DNA of 64,000 nucleotides from Escherichia coli (GTDB lineage Bacteria; Pseudomonadota; Gammaproteobacteria; Enterobacterales; Enterobacteriaceae): NCBI RefSeq assembly GCF_044647545.1, contig NZ_CP172818.1; one strand, 5' to 3'. Shown piece by piece: positions 12,046 to 22,650 of this stretch (position 1 is its first letter; each line of letters starts with the position of its first letter). The notes under the pieces were generated by a model. It saw only the letters and a program-made list of their open reading frames with translations, ran no database searches and was not told where the DNA came from. The position numbers and the translations under genes were made by a program.

Positions 12046-13962
12046 ATGGGTAAAATAATTGGTATCGACCTGGGTACTACCAACTCTTGTGTAGCGATTA
12101 TGGATGGCACCACTCCTCGTGTACTGGAGAACGCCGAAGGCGATCGCACCACGCCTTCTATCATTGCCTATACCCAGGATGGTGAAACTCTGGTTGGTCA
12201 GCCGGCTAAACGTCAGGCAGTGACGAACCCGCAAAACACCCTGTTTGCGATTAAACGCCTGATTGGCCGCCGCTTCCAGGACGAAGAAGTACAGCGTGAT
12301 GTTTCCATCATGCCGTTCAAAATTATTGCTGCTGATAACGGCGACGCATGGGTCGAAGTTAAAGGCCAGAAAATGGCACCGCCGCAGATCTCTGCTGAAG
12401 TGCTGAAAAAAATGAAGAAAACCGCTGAAGATTACCTGGGTGAACCGGTAACTGAAGCTGTTATCACCGTACCGGCATACTTTAACGATGCTCAGCGTCA
12501 GGCAACCAAAGACGCAGGCCGTATCGCTGGTCTGGAAGTAAAACGTATCATCAACGAACCGACCGCAGCTGCGCTGGCTTACGGTCTGGACAAAGGTACT
12601 GGCAACCGTACTATCGCGGTTTATGACCTGGGTGGTGGTACTTTCGATATTTCTATTATCGAAATCGACGAAGTTGACGGCGAAAAAACCTTCGAAGTTC
12701 TGGCAACCAACGGTGATACCCACCTGGGGGGTGAAGACTTCGACAGCCGTCTGATCAACTACCTGGTTGAAGAATTCAAGAAAGATCAGGGCATTGACCT
12801 GCGCAACGATCCGCTGGCAATGCAGCGCCTGAAAGAAGCGGCAGAAAAAGCGAAAATCGAACTGTCTTCCGCTCAGCAGACCGACGTTAACCTGCCGTAC
12901 ATCACTGCAGACGCGACCGGTCCGAAACACATGAACATCAAAGTGACTCGTGCGAAACTGGAAAGCCTGGTTGAAGATCTGGTAAACCGTTCCATTGAGC
13001 CGCTGAAAGTTGCACTGCAGGACGCTGGCCTGTCCGTATCTGATATCGACGACGTTATCCTCGTTGGTGGTCAGACTCGTATGCCAATGGTTCAGAAGAA
13101 AGTTGCTGAATTCTTTGGTAAAGAGCCGCGTAAAGACGTTAACCCGGACGAAGCTGTAGCAATCGGTGCTGCTGTTCAGGGTGGTGTTCTGACTGGTGAC
13201 GTGAAAGACGTACTGCTGCTGGACGTTACCCCGCTGTCTCTGGGTATCGAAACCATGGGCGGTGTGATGACGACGCTGATCGCGAAAAACACCACTATCC
13301 CGACCAAGCACAGCCAGGTGTTCTCTACCGCTGAAGACAACCAGTCTGCGGTAACCATCCACGTGCTGCAGGGTGAACGTAAACGTGCGGCTGATAACAA
13401 ATCTCTGGGTCAGTTCAACCTGGATGGTATCAACCCGGCACCGCGCGGCATGCCGCAGATCGAAGTTACCTTCGATATCGATGCTGACGGTATCCTGCAC
13501 GTTTCCGCGAAAGATAAAAACAGCGGTAAAGAGCAGAAGATCACCATCAAGGCTTCTTCTGGTCTGAACGAAGATGAAATCCAGAAAATGGTACGCGACG
13601 CAGAAGCTAACGCCGAAGCTGACCGTAAGTTTGAAGAGCTGGTACAGACTCGCAACCAGGGCGACCATCTGCTGCACAGCACCCGTAAGCAGGTTGAAGA
13701 AGCGGGCGACAAACTGCCGGCTGACGACAAAACTGCTATCGAGTCTGCACTGACTGCACTGGAAACTGCTCTGAAAGGTGAAGACAAAGCCGCTATCGAA
13801 GCGAAAATGCAGGAACTGGCACAGGTTTCCCAGAAACTGATGGAAATCGCCCAGCAGCAACATGCCCAGCAGCAGACTGCCGGTGCTGATGCTTCTGCAA
13901 ACAACGCGAAAGATGACGATGTTGTCGACGCTGAATTTGAAGAAGTCAAAGACAAAAAATAA
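12046..13962 (+). CDS. dnaK: Hsp70 molecular chaperone
   Basis: 638-aa [24 protein letters not shown], canonical Hsp70. Confidence 0.98.
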
Positions 13963-13990
13963 TCGCCCTATAAACGGGTAATTATACTGA

Positions 13991-14024
13991 CACGGGCGAA
14001 GGGGAATTTCCTCTCCGCCCGTGC
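13991..14024 (+). terminator. stem-loop in the dnaK-dnaJ intergenic region
   Basis: cacgggcg...cgcccgtg inverted repeat; the tpke11 small RNA is reported in this intergenic region in K-12. Confidence 0.4.
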
Positions 14025-14050
14025 ATTCATCTAGGGGCAATTTAAAAAAG

Positions 14051-15181
14051 ATGGCTAAGCAAGATTATTACGAGATTTTAGGCGTTTCCAAAACAGCGGA
14101 AGAGCGTGAAATCAAAAAGGCCTACAAACGCCTGGCCATGAAATACCACCCGGACCGTAACCAGGGTGACAAAGAGGCCGAGGCGAAATTTAAAGAGATC
14201 AAGGAAGCTTATGAAGTTCTGACCGACTCGCAAAAACGTGCGGCATACGATCAGTATGGTCATGCTGCGTTTGAGCAAGGCGGCATGGGCGGCGGCGGTT
14301 TTGGCGGCGGCGCAGACTTCAGCGATATTTTTGGTGACGTTTTCGGCGATATTTTTGGCGGCGGACGTGGTCGTCAACGTGCGGCGCGCGGTGCTGATTT
14401 ACGCTATAACATGGAGCTCACCCTCGAAGAAGCTGTACGTGGCGTGACCAAAGAGATCCGCATTCCGACTCTGGAAGAGTGTGACGTTTGCCACGGTAGC
14501 GGTGCAAAACCAGGTACACAGCCGCAGACCTGTCCGACCTGTCATGGTTCTGGTCAGGTGCAGATGCGCCAGGGCTTCTTCGCTGTACAGCAGACCTGTC
14601 CACACTGTCAGGGCCGCGGTACGCTGATCAAAGATCCGTGCAACAAATGTCATGGTCATGGTCGTGTTGAGCGCAGCAAAACGCTGTCCGTTAAAATCCC
14701 GGCAGGGGTGGACACTGGAGACCGCATCCGTCTTGCGGGCGAAGGTGAAGCGGGCGAGCATGGCGCACCGGCAGGCGATCTGTACGTTCAGGTTCAGGTT
14801 AAACAGCACCCGATTTTCGAGCGTGAAGGTAACAACCTGTATTGCGAAGTCCCGATCAACTTCGCGATGGCAGCGCTGGGTGGCGAAATCGAAGTACCGA
14901 CCCTTGATGGTCGCGTCAAACTGAAAGTGCCTGGCGAAACCCAGACCGGTAAGCTGTTCCGTATGCGTGGTAAAGGCGTCAAGTCTGTTCGCGGCGGTGC
15001 GCAAGGGGACTTGCTGTGCCGCGTTGTCGTCGAAACACCGGTAGGTCTGAACGAGAAGCAGAAACAGCTGCTGCAAGAGCTGCAGGAAAGCTTCGGTGGC
15101 CCAACCGGCGAGCACAACAGCCCGCGTTCAAAGAGCTTCTTTGATGGTGTGAAGAAGTTTTTTGACGACCTGACTCGCTAA
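14051..15181 (+). CDS. dnaJ: Hsp40 co-chaperone
   Basis: 376-aa [41 protein letters not shown] domain, G/F-rich region and CxxCxGxG zinc fingers. Confidence 0.97.
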
Positions 15182-15192
15182 CCTCCCCAAAA

Positions 15193-15210
15193 GCCTGCCC
15201 GTGGGCAGGC
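15193..15210. terminator. hairpin between dnaJ and hokC
   Basis: gcctgccc-gtg-ggcaggc palindrome; the T-run lies on the minus-strand side, so it could terminate hokC-direction transcripts. Confidence 0.5.
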
Positions 15211-15270
15211 CAGGGTAAAAATAGGGTGCGTTGAAGATATGCGAGCACCTGTAAAGTGGCGGGGTCTCCC

Positions 15271-15287
15271 AAAAAAAAAAAAAAAAA
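15271..15287. repeat. A17 homopolymer at the position where K-12 carries IS186
   Basis: 17 consecutive A in ggcggggtctccc-A17-tgggatcactccccgcc. Confidence 0.95.
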
Positions 15288-15311
15288 TGGGATCACTCCC
15301 CGCCGTTGCTC

Positions 15312-15464
15312 TTACTCGGATTCGTAAGCCGTGAAAACAGCAACCTCCGTCTGGCCAGTTCGGATGTGAACCTCACAGAGGTCTTTTCTCGTTACCAGCG
15401 CCGCCACTACGGCGGTGATACAGATGACGATCAGGGCGACAATCATCGCCTTATGCTGCTTCAT
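15312..15464 (-). CDS. hokC: Hok-family type I toxin
   Basis: 50-aa ORF MKQHKAMIVALIVICITAVVAALVTRKDLCEVHIRTGQTEVAVFTAYESE. Confidence 0.9.
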   Translation of the reverse strand: MKQHKAMIVALIVICITAVVAALVTRKDLCEVHIRTGQTEVAVFTAYESE

Positions 15465-15521
15465 TGCTCTCTTCTCCTTGACCTTACGGTCAGTAAGAGG
15501 CACTCTACATGTGTTCTGCAT
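15312..15521 (-). CDS. mokC: hokC translational-coupling reading frame
   Basis: overlapping in-frame ORF starting MQNTCRVPLTDRKVKEKRA that contains hokC; hok/mok architecture. Confidence 0.75.
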   Translation of the reverse strand: MQNTCRVPLTDRKVKEKRAMKQHKAMIVALIVICITAVVAALVTRKDLCEVHIRTGQTEVAVFTAYESE

Positions 15522-15567
15522 ATAGGGGGCCTCGGGTTGATGGTAAAATATCACTCGGGGCTTTTCT
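15513..15567 (+). ncRNA. sokC: antisense RNA of the hokC/mokC type I TA locus
   Basis: placed by the conserved hok/sok arrangement, antisense to the mokC 5' end; position by analogy, not by a structure search. Confidence 0.4.
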
Positions 15568-15699
15568 CTATCTGCCGTTCAGCTAATGCCTGAGACAGAC
15601 AGCCTCAAGCACCCGCCGCTATTATATCGCTCTCTTTAACCCATTCTGTTTTATCGATTCTAATCCTGAAGACGCCTCGCATTTTTGCGTAATTTTTTA

Positions 15700-18460
15700 A
15701 TAAATTAATTATTTTAACTCTTATGTGCCTCTTTATTTACAAAAGTTGAATTATGAACAAGAGTTTAATTACCAGAAGGTGAGTTATTACTGAGAAAGTA
15801 ATAGAAGATACAAAATATCTTACAGAATTGATTTCTTTTGTGAGAAAAATTTTATAAATCAATGATGATATTTAAAATCACACTTTTTGAAACACGATAC
15901 CCCACACTCGGGGGTAAAATAATCTGCAAATATCCCATCAGCTTGCCATCACCTTTAAATATACTTTCGAGTCGTTCTAATCAAAATGAATTATCGATGT
16001 ATGATTTCTAGGAACCATAAAAACAATGAATGGAACATATTATAGTCTGCCAAAAGACGGCCTATGCGGTGCCTTGACAACGATTTTCTATCATCTCTGC
16101 ATATCTTCATTAGAATATAAAGGTCCTGGCTCAATAAATGCAGAGCTGACGGAATAGGGTTTCGTTAACACTCATCGGGTGAAGTATGGAAAGGGCCCAA
16201 CTGGGTGAATTTTAAAGAACGATTTTACTCATTTTATGAAACAAGTGCTAACAGCCGTAGCGGGGCGTAATCATACCGTTTCGCTATGACACATGTCAAC
16301 TCTTTGACTCCAATATGACTTTCTTTGGCAGAATCTATGGTCAAGGGATAACTCAGGGGGACAACGATAGTTTTAGGTTTGGGCTACCCGGCGGAAGGCA
16401 GGGGGTTTTTTAAACCGTATATAGATTACATAATCAATCTGGAGACTACGTCTCACGCAAATATGGACAGACAAATGGCTGGATTATGGTTGGCGGAAGC
16501 AGATTACCTTTTACGTTATTTAACAAAACTTGTTTTATCTAACTGGAATGAAATAGAACGGACAGAAATGGATGCCAGCGGAACAACAATTTGGTCGGAA
16601 TCGGCTAAATGGCGGTTAACAGTGGCCGGAAGTCTACCGCGGAAAGCCAGGTGACGGGCGTATTCGATAATAAGGGGACGAGGGGCGATCAAATGATTTA
16701 AGCTTGGTTATGATTCTAATTTTCATCAGGAATAATATGCAGAAAACATAATGGCCAGTGACGGCGCAGTGCACAGGGAATGCTTAACCAGCCGAGCGCC
16801 GAAACTAAACAACCCAATTTAGTCATCATATGGCGGAGAAGGCTAGGTGATTGGCAACATATGGACATCAGATCGTTAAAACGCGATATATAGACAGGCG
16901 CCCAGGAAGGCGTCAAATACCGACTATATGCACCGCCCCCTTAAGTTCTCCTCACGGGCGGGACTATAACAGGGCGGATCCATTCTACCATACCTCAATC
17001 CCAAGGGAAAAGATCAAGGGCGTAATAACTCAATTCTAATCTACAAACGCAAGGTACACAGCCATAGGTAACTCATCTAACAGGCGGCGATCCCCAACAC
17101 CCACAAAAATATCTTTATATCACTTTAAAGGCGGGTTTTTTACACTACTCTATAACGAAGGAGCGTCCCGTTTTGGCATGTCTACAAGGCTGTCGTAACC
17201 AACCCACACATTCCATAAAATATTTATATCAGAATCTTAATTATAACAAAAAAATAAGCCTTTCACACAATCAATCCCCCCCCCAAAAATACAAAAAAAA
17301 ACAAAAACAATCTAAACAGCGGATAAACCGTGTACAGAGAAAACAAACAAACAGTAAAATATATAAAACAAAGAGGTAAGAAATAAAATAAATAAAGACA
17401 TAACGTAACCCAAATTAAATAACAGGGAAACTAATAGTTCGCAAGGATAATCTCTGGAAGGTGGCATCCGTGTTGGCGATTCTACGAAACATCCAAAGGA
17501 ATTTCAAACTTAGTCTATATCCAGCCGAAAATATAACTCAAATACGAGGACCGACTACGAATCTTTTCCAAACAAACCTAAAACTAAAACCATTAACAAA
17601 ACCAAATACCAACACGAAGCGATAGTAGTATAAAATATCACACAAAAAACCAAATACAAAAAAAAATAACAAACAAATAAAAATCAAATAAAAAAAATAT
17701 AATTCTAAAATAAACAAAAAAAAAAAACAGAGGTATAAACGGAACGGTAACTGCTAATTATAACATAATAAATTAATATCCAGCCACCCACCTATCAATA
17801 AATAATAAAAAAAAAATAAAAGACCAGGATAAATAAATAAATACAAAAACCAACAAAAACCGTAAACCAATTAACAAACAAAAATAAGGAATCGTTACTC
17901 AAAAATTAAAAAAAAAAGGTTTCCAAATCACAACACATCTAAAAATACTAACAGGGCAGAGGGAATATTTTATCAAAACAAAATAAAAAACAAAACAAAA
18001 AAACAACCTCACAATACTAAAAAAACAAGGCAACGTAATTATAAACAGAAGTAAACATAAAAAATACAAAAAAACCTAAAAATAAAAAAACAAAAAACAA
18101 ACGGTAATCTCCAAAAAATAAAGTAGATCCATAAAAACAAAGAAACTTTTTCCAGTAACCAACAAAAAAGATTATAACGACGTATACTTAAAAAGGGGGC
18201 GATATAAAAAAAGGGATCGTAAACCTTTCCACAAATAAAAAACAAAAAAAAAAAAAAAACAAATTCAACTAAAACAAAAAGCCGGTCCAAAAAAGAAGCG
18301 GCGAGAAAACGACTCATAGAACGCTTTGAGTGGTCTAGAATAAGGGTGCATATAAACTAAAAGAAACAAGAAACAAAGAAAGGGTAAGAGCAAGCGCGAT
18401 CATAAGGATCAAAAACGAAGGGAAGGATAGATATTTTGAAGCATATTGTCCTAACCAATT
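15700..18460. other. anomalous ORF-poor block degenerating into A/C-skewed low complexity
   Basis: no ORF over 92 aa on either strand across about 2.7 kb; 17250-18300 is dominated by A with C and is poor in G/T on the + strand; flanks return to recognisable hokC and nhaA upstream sequence. Confidence 0.85.
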
Positions 18461-18719
18461 AAAGCCGAGTGACAACAAATTTATTATTACTTTTCCTAAT
18501 TAATCCCTCAGAAATCCTCACCTTAAGCTATGATTATCAGGGCTCAGGGTCACTCGTGAGCGCTTACAGCCGTCAAAAACTCATCTCATCGCTGATGGCA
18601 CAAATCCTTCAATGGTTCGTAAAAAACGAATTATTCCTACACTATAATCTGATTTTAACGATGATTCGTGCGGGGTAAAATAGTAAAAACGATCTATTCA
18701 CCTGAAAGAGAAATAAAAA

Positions 18720-19886
18720 GTGAAACATCTGCATCGATTCTTTAGCAGTGATGCCTCGGGAGGCATTATTCTTATCATTGCCGCTATCCTGGCGATGATT
18801 ATGGCCAATAGCGGCGCAACCAGTGGATGGTATCACGACTTTCTGGAGACGCCGGTTCAGCTCCGGGTTGGTTCACTCGAAATCAACAAAAACATGCTGT
18901 TATGGATAAATGACGCGCTGATGGCGGTATTTTTCCTGTTAGTCGGTCTGGAAGTTAAACGTGAACTGATGCAAGGATCGCTAGCCAGCTTACGCCAGGC
19001 CGCATTTCCAGTTATCGCCGCTATTGGTGGGATGATTGTGCCGGCATTGCTCTATCTGGCCTTTAACTATGCCGATCCGATTACCCGCGAAGGGTGGGCG
19101 ATCCCGGCGGCTACTGACATTGCCTTTGCACTTGGTGTGCTGGCGCTGTTGGGAAGTCGTGTTCCGTTAGCGCTGAAGATCTTTTTGATGGCTCTGGCTA
19201 TTATCGACGATCTTGGGGCCATCATTATCATCGCATTGTTCTACACTAATGACTTATCGATGGCCTCTCTTGGTGTCGCGGCTGTAGCAATTGCGGTACT
19301 CGCGGTATTGAATCTGTGTGGTGTACGCCGCACGGGCGTTTATATTCTGGTTGGTGTGGTGTTGTGGACTGCGGTGTTGAAATCGGGGGTTCACGCAACC
19401 CTGGCGGGGGTAATTGTCGGCTTCTTTATTCCTTTGAAAGAGAAGCATGGGCGTTCTCCAGCCAAGCGACTGGAGCATGTGTTGCACCCGTGGGTGGCGT
19501 ATCTGATTTTACCGCTGTTTGCATTTGCTAATGCTGGCGTTTCACTGCAAGGCGTCACGCTGGATGGCCTGACCTCCATTCTGCCATTAGGGATCATCGC
19601 CGGTTTGCTGATTGGCAAGCCACTGGGTATTAGTCTGTTCTGCTGGTTGGCGCTGCGTTTGAAACTGGCGCATCTGCCTGAGGGAACGACTTATCAGCAA
19701 ATTATGGCGGTGGGGATCCTGTGCGGTATCGGTTTTACTATGTCTATCTTTATTGCCAGCCTTGCCTTTGGTAGCGTAGATCCAGAACTGATTAACTGGG
19801 CGAAACTCGGTATCCTGGTCGGTTCTATCTCTTCGGCGGTAATTGGATACAGCTGGTTACGCGTTCGTTTGCGTCCATCAGTTTGA
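18720..19886 (+). CDS. nhaA: Na+/H+ antiporter
   Basis: 388-aa membrane [34 protein letters not shown]. Confidence 0.97.
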   Translation: MKHLHRFFSSDASGGIILIIAAILAMIMANSGATSGWYHDFLETPVQLRVGSLEINKNMLLWINDALMAVFFLLVGLEVKRELMQGSLASLRQAAFPVIAAIGGMIVPALLYLAFNYADPITREGWAIPAATDIAFALGVLALLGSRVPLALKIFLMALAIIDDLGAIIIIALFYTNDLSMASLGVAAVAIAVLAVLNLCGVRRTGVYILVGVVLWTAVLKSGVHATLAGVIVGFFIPLKEKHGRSPAKRLEHVLHPWVAYLILPLFAFANAGVSLQGVTLDGLTSILPLGIIAGLLIGKPLGISLFCWLALRLKLAHLPEGTTYQQIMAVGILCGIGFTMSIFIASLAFGSVDPELINWAKLGILVGSISSAVIGYSWLRVRLRPSV

Positions 19887-19945
19887 CAGGACGGTTTACC
19901 GGGGAGCCATAAACGGCTCCCTTTTCATTGTTATCAGGGAGAGAA

Positions 19946-20851
19946 ATGAGCATGTCTCATATCAATTACAACCACTTGTATTACTTCTGGCATGTCTATA
20001 AAGAAGGTTCCGTGGTTGGCGCAGCGGAGGCGCTTTATTTAACACCACAAACCATTACCGGACAGATTCGGGCGCTGGAAGAGCGCCTGCAAGGCAAATT
20101 ATTTAAGCGCAAGGGACGTGGTCTCGAACCCAGCGAGCTGGGAGAGCTGGTCTATCGCTATGCCGATAAAATGTTCACCTTAAGCCAGGAAATGCTGGAT
20201 ATCGTGAACTATCGCAAAGAATCCAATTTATTGTTTGACGTTGGCGTGGCTGATGCACTTTCTAAACGCCTGGTCAGTAGCGTACTTAACGCCGCAGTGG
20301 TAGAAGGCGAGCCGATTCATCTTCGCTGCTTCGAATCCACCCACGAAATGCTGCTGGAGCAATTAAGCCAGCATAAACTGGATATGATCATTTCCGACTG
20401 TCCGATAGATTCTACGCAGCAGGAAGGCCTGTTCTCCGTGAGAATTGGCGAATGTGGCGTGAGTTTCTGGTGCACAAATCCGCCGCCGGAAAAACCGTTC
20501 CCGGCTTGTCTGGAAGAACGGCGGCTACTCATTCCCGGGCGTCGCTCCATGTTAGGGCGCAAATTGCTTAACTGGTTTAACTCCCAGGGATTAAACGTAG
20601 AAATCCTCGGCGAGTTTGATGATGCCGCGTTGATGAAAGCTTTTGGTGCGATGCACAATGCAATCTTCGTTGCCCCAACGCTTTATGCATATGACTTTTA
20701 TGCCGATAAAACTGTCGTAGAAATTGGTCGCGTCGAAAATGTGATGGAAGAGTACCATGCTATTTTTGCTGAGCGGATGATTCAGCACCCGGCGGTACAG
20801 CGAATCTGCAATACGGATTATTCTGCGCTTTTTAGCCCAGCGGCACGTTAA
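19946..20851 (+). CDS. nhaR: LysR-family activator of nhaA
   Basis: 301-aa [39 protein letters not shown], LysR HTH. Confidence 0.95.
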   Translation: MSMSHINYNHLYYFWHVYKEGSVVGAAEALYLTPQTITGQIRALEERLQGKLFKRKGRGLEPSELGELVYRYADKMFTLSQEMLDIVNYRKESNLLFDVGVADALSKRLVSSVLNAAVVEGEPIHLRCFESTHEMLLEQLSQHKLDMIISDCPIDSTQQEGLFSVRIGECGVSFWCTNPPPEKPFPACLEERRLLIPGRRSMLGRKLLNWFNSQGLNVEILGEFDDAALMKAFGAMHNAIFVAPTLYAYDFYADKTVVEIGRVENVMEEYHAIFAERMIQHPAVQRICNTDYSALFSPAAR

Positions 20852-21041
20852 TCGGTAGCTCCCCCAAAGTTAAGGTGGGGGAGATAGATTAGTTGTACAT
20901 TACCACGATTTTGACTCGGCTCATTATTTGCCCGCTTGAGACATTATTTCCATATGTACGCGGGCGAATAAATAGAGGAATCTGATTACTTCCTTCATGG
21001 GGATGCTGAAAAGAGTAGTAATTGCTGGTAATGACTCCAAC

Positions 21042-21554
21042 TTACTGATAGTGTTTTATGTTCAGATAATGCCCGATGACCTTGTCATGCAGCTCCACCG
21101 ATTTTGAGAACGACAGTGACTTCCGTCCCAGCCTTGCCAGGTGCTGCCTCAGATTCAGGTTATGCCGCTCAATTCGCTGCGTGTATCGCTTGCTGATTAC
21201 GTGCAGCTTTCCCTTCAGGCGGGATTCATACAGCGGCCAGCCATCCGTCATCCATATCACCACGTCAAAGGGTGACAGCAGGCTCAGAAGACGCCCCAGC
21301 GTCGCCATCGTGCGTTCACCGAATACGTGCGCAACAACCGTCTTCCGGAGCCTGTCATACGCGTAAAACAGCCAGCGCTGGCGCGATTTAGCCCCGACAT
21401 AGCCCCACTGTTCGCCCATTTCCGCGCAGACGATGACGTCACTGCCCGGCTGTATGCGCGAGGTTACCGACGGCGGCCTGAGTTTTTTAAGCGACGTAAA
21501 ATCGTGTTGAGACCAACGCCCATAATGCGGGCAGTCGCCCGCATCCAACGCCAT
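21042..21554 (-). CDS. insB: IS1 InsB transposase domain
   Basis: 170-aa ORF ...[19 protein letters not shown]...HYLNIKHYQ; N-terminal 8 residues differ from canonical InsB. Confidence 0.75.
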   Translation of the reverse strand: MALDAGDCPHYGRWSQHDFTSLKKLRPPSVTSRIQPGSDVIVCAEMGEQWGYVGAKSRQRWLFYAYDRLRKTVVAHVFGERTMATLGRLLSLLSPFDVVIWMTDGWPLYESRLKGKLHVISKRYTQRIERHNLNLRQHLARLGRKSLSFSKSVELHDKVIGHYLNIKHYQ

Positions 21555-21738
21555 TCATGGCCATATCAATGATTTTCTGGTGCGTACCGGGTTGAGAAGC
21601 GGTGTAAGTGAACTGCAGTTGCCATGTTTTACGGCAATGAGAGCAGAGACAGCGCTGATGTCCGGCAGCGCTTTTGCCGTTACGCACCACGCCTTCAGTA
21701 GCGGAACAGGAGGGACAGCTGATGGAAATGGAAGCCAC
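21487..21738 (-). CDS. insA: IS1 InsA, variant with divergent C-terminus
   Basis: 83-aa [26 protein letters not shown]...; matches IS1 InsA to ...MAMNGVGC, then diverges and stops before the A6C slippery site. Confidence 0.7.
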   Translation of the reverse strand: MASISISCPSCSATEGVVRNGKSAAGHQRCLCSHCRKTWQLQFTYTASQPGTHQKIIDMAMNGVGCGRLPALWALVSTRFYVA

Positions 21739-22058
21739 GCAAGCACCTTAAAATCACCATCATACACTAAATCAGTAAGTTGGCAGCATTACCTACCTCA
21801 ATGTGTATCACAATCTCCACATTCTGTGTAGGGGGAGTCTGAAGATTGAGTAGATATTCTTATTCAGAATGTATCAACCGATGATTCTACGATTCTTAAG
21901 CCACGAAGAGTTCAGAGAGTGTAACTGCATGTCTGCAAGAACCAGCATCTTTTAACTATCTGGCAACCGGCAGTGTGTTTTCTCACACATCACAAAGCAG
22001 CAGGCATAAAAAAACCCGCTTGCGCGGGCTTTTTCACAAAGCTTCAGCAAATTGGCGA

Positions 22059-22343
<285 letters not shown>

Positions 22344-22424
22344 CTATATGGACAATTCAAAGGCCGAGGAATATGCCCTTTTAGCCTTCTTTTGTCAATG
22401 GATTTGTGCAAATAAGCGCCGTTA

Positions 22425-22643
22425 ATGTGCCGGCACTCGTTACGTAGTGATGGCGCAGGATTCTACCAGCTTGCGGGGTGTGAATACAGCTTTTCCGCGA
22501 TAAAAATTGCAGCAGGCGGTCAGTTTCTTCCCGTGATTTGCGCCATGGCAATGAAAAGCCACTTCTTTCTGATTTCGGTACTCAATCGCCGGTTAACCTT
22601 GACCGCTGTACAAGGTATACTCGGACGATTTTCACTGTTTTGA
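22425..22643 (+). CDS. yaaY: small uncharacterized protein
   Basis: 72-aa ORF at the position of yaaY upstream of ribF; coding status uncertain. Confidence 0.6.
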   Translation: MCRHSLRSDGAGFYQLAGCEYSFSAIKIAAGGQFLPVICAMAMKSHFFLISVLNRRLTLTAVQGILGRFSLF

Positions 22644-22650
22644 GCCAGAC

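Larger units (their letters stand above)
21027..21793 (-). mobile_element. IS1 insertion sequence
   Basis: about 767 bp bounded by IS1 terminal inverted repeats ggtaatgactccaacttactgat and atcagtaagttggcagcattacc, containing insA and insB. Confidence 0.9.

Noticed and set aside
12004-14040. 678-aa ORF antisense to dnaK, and similar long antisense ORFs inside carB (32494..34407, 637 aa), ileS (23650..24861, 403 aa), caiC/caiB (39465..40121), lptD and rapA
   Set aside because: They lie entirely within, and antisense to, well-established highly conserved genes. Their translations are low-complexity or Arg/His/Val-rich as expected for the reverse frame of GC-rich coding DNA. There is no independent coding evidence.
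14270-14400. Gly/Phe-rich low-complexity stretch in dnaJ ([29 protein letters not shown])
   Set aside because: This is the normal G/F-rich linker of DnaJ, not an anomaly.
16379-16654. 91-aa ORF (MGYPAEGRGFFKPYIDYIINLETTSHANMDRQ...) in the first part of the anomalous block
   Set aside because: No recognisable domain and no convincing ribosome-binding site. It sits in sequence with no other coding signal and could be a chance ORF. It is worth a database search but I cannot support it as a gene.
16690-16980. Common restriction sites in the anomalous block (HindIII aagctt near 16701, BamHI ggatcc near 16976) as evidence of cloning
   Set aside because: Six-base sites occur by chance every few kb, so they are not informative. 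Only the 8-bp NotI site near apaH is rare enough to mention.
17173-18317. Small ORFs inside the low-complexity block (17173..17379 +, 18039..18317 -)
   Set aside because: Their translations are poly-Lys/Asn/Gln or poly-Phe/Leu strings produced by A-rich or T-rich homopolymeric DNA. They are not credible proteins.
15700-18460. Reading the 2.7 kb block as a prophage remnant, genomic island, CRISPR array or integron
   Set aside because: There are no direct repeats with regular spacers, no integrase, transposase or phage genes, no tRNA or attachment-site context, and no terminal inverted repeats. The composition is unlike any mobile element family I know.
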